DNA of 57,279 bases from Betaproteobacteria bacterium (lineage in GTDB: Bacteria; Pseudomonadota; Gammaproteobacteria; Burkholderiales; UBA3065), in assembly GCA_009927815.1 (NCBI GenBank), contig RFMI01000139.1:1-57279 (forward strand), written 5' to 3'. Numbering within the stretch: the stretch's first letter is position 1; the number at the start of each line of letters is the position of its first letter. Below the pieces are notes generated by a model, which was given only the letters and a program-made list of their open reading frames with translations, made no database searches and was not told the DNA's origin. Of this stretch, positions 49,540 through 57,279 are shown one piece after another. The position numbers and the translations under genes are program-made.

Positions 49540-50631
49540 TCAGAGAACCGCCACGGGGTATGAGCCCAGTACCTTCATCGAGGACGAAGTCGCTTCCAGT
49601 TCGGACAAGGCCGCAGTCACTGCCGGGTCGTCGCGATGCCCCTCGATGTCGATGAAGAACACGTACTCCCAGAGGCCGGTGCGCGCCGGCCGCGATTCTA
49701 GACGCGTCATGCTGACGCCGTGTCGTGCCAGCGGGCCGAGCAGCTGGTGCACGGCGCCGGGTTGGTTTCGCGCGCCGACGATCAGCGAGGTTTTGTCTTG
49801 TCCGGAGCGGCCGGTAGGGTGGCGACCGAGCACCCAGAACCGGGTGGTGTTGTTCGGTTCGTCCTCGATGTTGCGGTGGACGATGCCCAGCCCGTAGCGC
49901 TCGGCGGCGAGTTCGCCGGCGATGGCTGCACTGCTTGGGTCGTCAGCGGCGCGACGGGCAGCCTCGGCGTTGCTGGCGACCGGGATGCGCTCGGCGGCCG
50001 GTAATTCACGGTTGAGCCACTCGTGACACTGCGCCAGCGACTGCGCGTGGCTGTAGACGCGCTCGATTGCGCCTTGCGCGTCGCTGCGTCGCATCAAGTG
50101 TTGCTGCACACGCAGCACCACCTCGCCACAGACGCTTAGGCTCGTGGACAGCATGAGGTCGAGGGTGCGACCCACTGCGCCCTCCGTGGAGTTCTCCACT
50201 GGGACCACGCCGTAATCATCTGCGGCCGATTCGACCGCGCGGAACACGTCGTCGATGGTGGTGTGCGGGTTGACCGTTGCTGCATGGCCGAATTGCTTGA
50301 TCGATGCCGCTTCGGAGAACGTGCCGTGCGGGCCAAGGCAGGCGATCGACAGTGGCTTTTCCAGCGCCAGACAGGCGGACATCACTTCGCGGAACAGCCG
50401 TGCGACCACCTCGCCCGACAGCGGGCCTGGGTTGAGCGCCTTGATCCGGCGCAGCACCTGCGCTTCCCGCTCGGGGCGGTAGATGGCGACCCGGGCGGTG
50501 TCGCCGCCCGCGCCGTCGTTCTTGAGTTCGCCGATTTCGCGCGCCAGGCGAGCGCGGGCGTTGAGCCGCTCGAGAATCTCGTTGTCGAGCGAGTCGATCT
50601 GGCTGCGCAGGCGGGCGAGCGGGTCTGACAC
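49540..50631 (-). CDS. pheA: Bifunctional chorismate mutase / prephenate dehydratase
   Basis: 363-aa ORF with N-terminal CM helices (LRSQIDSLDNEILERLNARA), a PDT domain (ACLGPHGTFSE, NTTRF) and a C-terminal ACT domain. Confidence 0.94.
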   Translation of the reverse strand: MSDPLARLRSQIDSLDNEILERLNARARLAREIGELKNDGAGGDTARVAIYRPEREAQVLRRIKALNPGPLSGEVVARLFREVMSACLALEKPLSIACLGPHGTFSEAASIKQFGHAATVNPHTTIDDVFRAVESAADDYGVVPVENSTEGAVGRTLDLMLSTSLSVCGEVVLRVQQHLMRRSDAQGAIERVYSHAQSLAQCHEWLNRELPAAERIPVASNAEAARRAADDPSSAAIAGELAAERYGLGIVHRNIEDEPNNTTRFWVLGRHPTGRSGQDKTSLIVGARNQPGAVHQLLGPLARHGVSMTRLESRPARTGLWEYVFFIDIEGHRDDPAVTAALSELEATSSSMKVLGSYPVAVL

Positions 50632-50634
50632 CGC

Positions 50635-53183
<2,549 letters not shown>

Positions 53184-53366
53184 TGCGCGGGCTCTTTCTG
53201 CGGCGTGGCCGGGGACTTGATGAAGATCAGAAGTCTATCACGCGGACCTGTCGCCCCGACCCCGAACGCTTGTGGCGGCGCTGGCGTCGCGGGTAGACTT
53301 GTTGCACTGCGACAAAGATATTCGAGACGTCGTTTCTGCATCTAACCCCACCCGTTCAACTGAATC

Positions 53367-54083
53367 ATGGAGTCCTTGATGACGCGCCTTTTCTTCCGAT
53401 TGATTGCTGCCGCTTGCCTCGTCACGGCCGCTGCGCCGGCCCTGGCCCACGACACTGCCGGGTATTGGGTCAATTCCGAGGGCACGATTTGGCGTAGCGG
53501 TTACGGCCTGTGTTGGCGTGCTGGCTACTGGACGCCAGCCATGGCCGTGGCCGAGTGCGATCCGGATCTGGTCGCCAAGCCGGCGGTTGAAGCCTCACCA
53601 GCTGCTAAGCCTGCAGCGGCGGTTCCTGCCGCCGTGGCTCCGGAAGCCCCCGCACCGGTCGGTCCGGCCAAGGCCGCGTTCGAGAAGTTCACGTTCGGCG
53701 CTGAGACGCTGTTCGCGTTCGACAAGGCCATTGTCCGCCCGGAAGCCGCGGGCATCCTCGACGACGTTGTCACCAAGATGAACAAGTACCCCGAGGTCGA
53801 ACTGATCGTCGTCACCGGGCACACCGACCGCATCGGCAAGGACGCCTACAACCAAGCGTTGTCGGAACGCCGCGCTGAAGCTGTGCGCGACTACCTGGTC
53901 GGCAAAGGCGTTGATAGCAGCCGCGTGCAGGCGGTCGGTCGCGGCGAAGCGGAGCCGGTGGTCGGCTGCGGCAAGGTCAAGGGCCGCGAAACCCGCGCCA
54001 ATAAGTCGCTGATCGAGTGCCTCCAACCGAATCGCCGCGTGGTGATCGAGATCGCCGTACAGCGCGAGACCGGCGCACTTTGA
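53367..54083 (+). CDS. OmpA-family outer-membrane/peptidoglycan-associated protein
   Basis: It has a signal peptide (LIAAACLVTAAAPALA), an Ala/Pro-rich linker, and a C-terminal OmpA_C domain (TGHTDRIGKDAYNQALSERRAEAV, NRRV). The start could instead be 53379. Confidence 0.88.
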   Translation: MESLMTRLFFRLIAAACLVTAAAPALAHDTAGYWVNSEGTIWRSGYGLCWRAGYWTPAMAVAECDPDLVAKPAVEASPAAKPAAAVPAAVAPEAPAPVGPAKAAFEKFTFGAETLFAFDKAIVRPEAAGILDDVVTKMNKYPEVELIVVTGHTDRIGKDAYNQALSERRAEAVRDYLVGKGVDSSRVQAVGRGEAEPVVGCGKVKGRETRANKSLIECLQPNRRVVIEIAVQRETGAL

Positions 54084-54104
54084 TGCGCCGCTGACGCACC
54101 GCAG

Positions 54105-54134
54105 ACACCCCGCCACGTGCGGGGTGTTTTGTTT
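54105..54134 (+). terminator. Rho-independent terminator downstream of the ompA-family gene
   Basis: ACACCCCGC-CACGT-GCGGGGTGT followed by TTTTGTTTG. Its position argues against the track start at 54117 for the next gene. Confidence 0.8.
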
Positions 54135-54152
54135 GCGGCTAAGGTGCGCAGC

Positions 54153-55499
54153 ATGGAGACGTTGGCTGACGAACTGATTGAGGCGCGCTGGGTGCTGCCG
54201 GTGGCGCCCTGGCAAGTGATCGAGCGCGGCGCTGTCGCTGTTCGAGACGGCCGCATCGTGGCGGTCGGCCCCGCCGCCGAGCTTGCCGAGCGTGTGGTGG
54301 CGACGCGGCACACGCGGCTCCTTGACCACGTGTTGCTGCCGGGTTTGGTCAACGCGCACGCCCATGCCGGCATGACCTTGCTGCGCGGCTATGCGGACGA
54401 CCAGCCGCTGATGCGTTGGCTGCACGAGAGCATCTGGCCCGCCGAAGCGCGCTGGGTTGAGCCTGGTTTTGTGCATGACGGGACCCGTTTGGCCTGCGCC
54501 GAGATGCTGCGCGGTGGTGTCACCACGGTGTCTGACATGTATTTTTTTCCGGACGCGGCCATCAGCGCTGCCCAGCGCGCCGGTATTCGCATGGTCGCCG
54601 GCTTGGTGGTGCTTGAATTTGCCACTGCCTACGCCCGCGACGCTGCCGCATACCTGCATGCGGGTCTTGCCGTGCGCGACCGGTGGGTCGGCGCCCGCAA
54701 TCTGCACTTCACGCTGGCCCCCCACGCCCCCTACACGGTGGCGGATAGCACGTTCATCGAGATCGCCACCTATGCGGCGCAACTCGACCTGCGCGTCCAT
54801 ATTCACCTGCATGAAACACAGGACGAAATCGCACAGGGTTTGGCGCAGACCGGCGAGCGGCCCCTGGCGCGCCTGCGCAGGTTGGGCTTGCTCGGGCCCG
54901 AGCTGATCGGGGTGCATGCGGTTCATCTGCTCGACGAGGAGATCGCTTTGCTGGCCGAGCACGGCGCGGCCTTGGTGCATTGCCCGGTGTCCAACCTCAA
55001 GCTCGGTAGTGGCATTGCTCGGCTGGCCGACTGGCTGGCCGCCGGTGTGACCGTGGGTCTGGGTAGCGACGGTGTGGCCAGCAACAACCGTCACGATCTG
55101 TTTGCGGAAATGCGTTTGGCGGCGCTGCTGGCCAAAGGCGTGTCTGGCGATGCTGCGGCCGTGCCGGCTCAGCAGGCGCTGACGGCTGCGACCTTGGGTG
55201 GTGCCACCGCCCTGGGACTGGGTGACGAGATCGGCTCGCTGACGCCGGGCAAGGCTGCCGACCTGATTGCGGTGAGTCTGGCCGGTGCTGATCAGCAGCC
55301 GGTGTTCGATCCGGTATCGCAGCTGGTGTACTGTGCCGGCCGTGAGCAGGTGAGCGATGTTTGGGTGGCCGGGGAACGCCGGGTCGCCGAAGCTTGTCTT
55401 CAGACAGACGATGAGCGCGAGTTGCGCGCTTTGGCGGCCGACTGGCAATTGCGCATCGCTGGTCAGGCCCACCTCAACAGGAACGAGTCAAACGCATGA
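54153..55499 (+). CDS. Amidohydrolase-family deaminase (MtaD / TRZ-ATZ type, 5-methylthioadenosine/S-adenosylhomocysteine deaminase-like)
   Basis: 448 aa from ATG 54153 with the metal-binding motifs [16 protein letters not shown] and HLHET, plus the GSDGVASNN motif. Confidence 0.8.
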   Translation: METLADELIEARWVLPVAPWQVIERGAVAVRDGRIVAVGPAAELAERVVATRHTRLLDHVLLPGLVNAHAHAGMTLLRGYADDQPLMRWLHESIWPAEARWVEPGFVHDGTRLACAEMLRGGVTTVSDMYFFPDAAISAAQRAGIRMVAGLVVLEFATAYARDAAAYLHAGLAVRDRWVGARNLHFTLAPHAPYTVADSTFIEIATYAAQLDLRVHIHLHETQDEIAQGLAQTGERPLARLRRLGLLGPELIGVHAVHLLDEEIALLAEHGAALVHCPVSNLKLGSGIARLADWLAAGVTVGLGSDGVASNNRHDLFAEMRLAALLAKGVSGDAAAVPAQQALTAATLGGATALGLGDEIGSLTPGKAADLIAVSLAGADQQPVFDPVSQLVYCAGREQVSDVWVAGERRVAEACLQTDDERELRALAADWQLRIAGQAHLNRNESNA

Positions 55500-56203
55500 G
55501 CACAGTTAACGTCGATCCAGCCGAGATCGCCAAATTCAGCGCGCTGGCTAGCCGCTGGTGGGACCCAAACTCCGAATTCGCGCCGCTGCACGCGATCAAC
55601 CCGCTGCGTGTGGGCTGGATCGAGCAGTGCGCGCCGCTGGCCGGACGCACCGTGCTGGACGTGGGCTGCGGCGGGGGCATTCTTGCGGAAGCGATGGTCG
55701 ATCGCGGTGCAGAGGTGACCGGTATCGATCTCGCCGAGAAGGCGCTCAAGGTGGCTAAGCTGCACCTGCTCGAGTCGGGTCGCGCGGTGACGTATCGGGC
55801 CATCTCGGCGGAGGCTCTGGCGGCCGAGTCGCCGGCATCGTTCGACGTGGTCACCTGCACCGAGATGCTGGAGCACGTGCCTAACCCTGCCTCCACCGTG
55901 GCGGCCTGCGCGCAGCTGGTCAAGCCGGGTGGTTCGCTGGTCTTCTCCACCATCAACCGCAACCCGAAGAGCTGGCTGTTTGCCATCGTTGGCGCGGAGT
56001 ATGTGTTGGGCCTGTTGCCCAAGGGTACGCATGAGTACGCCAAGTTCATCACCCCAGCCGAGTTAGCCGGTTTCGCGCGCCAGGCTGGGCTCGAGGTGCG
56101 GGCTTTGAACGGCCTCACCTACAACCCGCTGACTAGGGTGTATGCGCTCAACCCGAGCGACACCAGCGTCAATTACTTGATGCACGCGGTCCGTCCGGCA
56201 TGA
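55496..56203 (+). CDS. ubiG: Ubiquinone biosynthesis O-methyltransferase
   Basis: 235-aa ORF with [10 protein letters not shown], the SAM motif [13 protein letters not shown], and CTEMLEHVP. Its start overlaps the upstream stop (ATGA). Confidence 0.94.
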   Translation: MSTVNVDPAEIAKFSALASRWWDPNSEFAPLHAINPLRVGWIEQCAPLAGRTVLDVGCGGGILAEAMVDRGAEVTGIDLAEKALKVAKLHLLESGRAVTYRAISAEALAAESPASFDVVTCTEMLEHVPNPASTVAACAQLVKPGGSLVFSTINRNPKSWLFAIVGAEYVLGLLPKGTHEYAKFITPAELAGFARQAGLEVRALNGLTYNPLTRVYALNPSDTSVNYLMHAVRPA

Positions 56204-56865
56204 ACGGCGCTCCGCTGCGCGCGGTGTTGTTCGACCTCGACGGTACCTTCGCCGACACCGCGCCCGACCTTGCCGCAGCCGCCAACAGCCTGCGCGCTGA
56301 CCGTGGGCTGGCGCCGCTTCCGGTGTCGCAATTGCGAACCATGGCTTCGCACGGTGCCCGGGGCTTGCTCGGTGAGGCGTTGGGCTTGACGCCGCAGGAT
56401 GCGAGCTACGCCGAGGTCTGTGAGGAGTTCTTGCGCCGTTACGAGACCGCATTGTGCGTGCACACCGTCGTGTTCGACGGTTTGTGGCCAGTCGTCGAGG
56501 CGCTGGAGGCGCGTGGACTGGCTTGGGGCATCGTCACCAACAAGGCGATGCGTTTTGCTAGCCCCCTGTGCCGGGCACTGGGCATCGAGGGTCGCGCAGC
56601 GACCGTGGTCGGCGGCGACACCACGCCTCACGCCAAGCCGCATCCGGCACCGCTGCTGCACGCCGCCACCGAGGCCATGGTGGCGCCGGAGCATTGTGTC
56701 TATGTCGGCGATGACCTGCGTGACGTACAAGCCGGTCAAGCTGCCGGGATGCGCACAGTGGCTGCTGCGTATGGGTATTGCGGCAAGGCCGATCCGCCCG
56801 AGGCGTGGGGCGCTGACCATGTGATCAGCACTCCACGCGAACTGCTGGACGTCTTGTCGGTCTGA
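56200..56865 (+). CDS. gph: Phosphoglycolate phosphatase (HAD superfamily)
   Basis: 221-aa ORF with the HAD motifs [14 protein letters not shown] and YVGDDLRD. This is the conserved ubiG-gph pair, with an ATGA overlap. Confidence 0.85.
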   Translation: MNGAPLRAVLFDLDGTFADTAPDLAAAANSLRADRGLAPLPVSQLRTMASHGARGLLGEALGLTPQDASYAEVCEEFLRRYETALCVHTVVFDGLWPVVEALEARGLAWGIVTNKAMRFASPLCRALGIEGRAATVVGGDTTPHAKPHPAPLLHAATEAMVAPEHCVYVGDDLRDVQAGQAAGMRTVAAAYGYCGKADPPEAWGADHVISTPRELLDVLSV

Positions 56866-56918
56866 TTGTTCAGGTGCGCTGCACGTTGCGGCGTATACTG
56901 GGTCTACTGCATCGAAAC

Positions 56919-57279
56919 GGGGCCGACCTGGTTTCGACGTGGGTTGCGAAGCAAGCAGGGCATGCCGAGGATCGGTTCACCTCGTAAATCCATCCGAAAA
57001 CTAGATAGTCGCCAACGACGAATCTTACGCCCTGGCCGCTTAAGGCTAGGCGCTGCACCGATCGCTCTGCGGGTCGGGCCGGGTAACCGGTCGCAGCGTC
57101 ATTAACAGCAGAAGTAAGGGTGTGTCTGGCCGCGCGGCACATCACGAAAATTCAGCGGATCGCTCTGCCTCAGCCTGCCCGTCGGCGGTTGCAGGGCTAG
57201 ATCAAACGACTCGGCTACGCATGTAGAACTGTTTGTGGAGGGCTTGCGGACGCGGGTTCGATTCCCGCCGGCTCCACCA
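56919..57279 (+). ncRNA. ssrA: Transfer-messenger RNA (tmRNA, SsrA), complete to the 3' CCA
   Basis: The 5' GGGGCCGACCTGGTTTCGACG pairs with the 3' ...CGGCTCCACCA, giving an acceptor stem with a G3-U pair. A T-arm (GGGTTCGATTCCCGCC) is present. The tag ORF GCC AAC GAC GAA TCT TAC GCC CTG GCC GCT TAA (57011-57043) encodes ANDESYALAA. Confidence 0.95.

Overview
GC-rich chromosomal core region, probably from a betaproteobacterium. The hrcA/nadK-recN, dusB-fis-purH-purD-hemF and gyrA/ompA...ubiG-gph neighbourhoods and an EarP-type EF-P support that placement. Most of the window is densely packed housekeeping genes: recN, nadK, hrcA, hemH, pepP, ubiH-like, dusB, fis, purH, purD, hemF, metG, apbC, thrC, efp/earP, prfC, rho, trxA, fdxA, hisC, pheA, gyrA, ubiG and gph. 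A tmRNA gene ends exactly at the window edge.

The most interesting part is an ~11 kb, ten-gene, translationally coupled chemosensory operon on the minus strand (32159-43178), between prfC and rho. Its gene order is: double-hairpin soluble MCP, triple-domain CheW, CheB, HEAT-repeat protein, CheR, CheY, CheA, small STAS-like protein, CheY, sensorless membrane-anchored MCP. From memory this mirrors Vibrio cholerae chemotaxis cluster I (F9 class, with the DosM double-signalling-domain receptor). The input signal and output of that class are still unknown.

A small oxidative-stress neighbourhood is also present: an OxyR-like box, a Prx5-Grx hybrid peroxiredoxin, a flavoprotein disulfide reductase and oxyR.

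Five genes are frame-disrupted as assembled: hemF, an M14 peptidase, mltB, chaN and gyrA. Several disruptions sit at short homopolymer runs. Because essential gyrA is among them, assembly indel errors are more likely than real pseudogenes. The hemF case is different: it carries a ~113-116 nt palindromic insert.

I found no CRISPR arrays, transposases, integrases, rRNA genes or tRNA genes.
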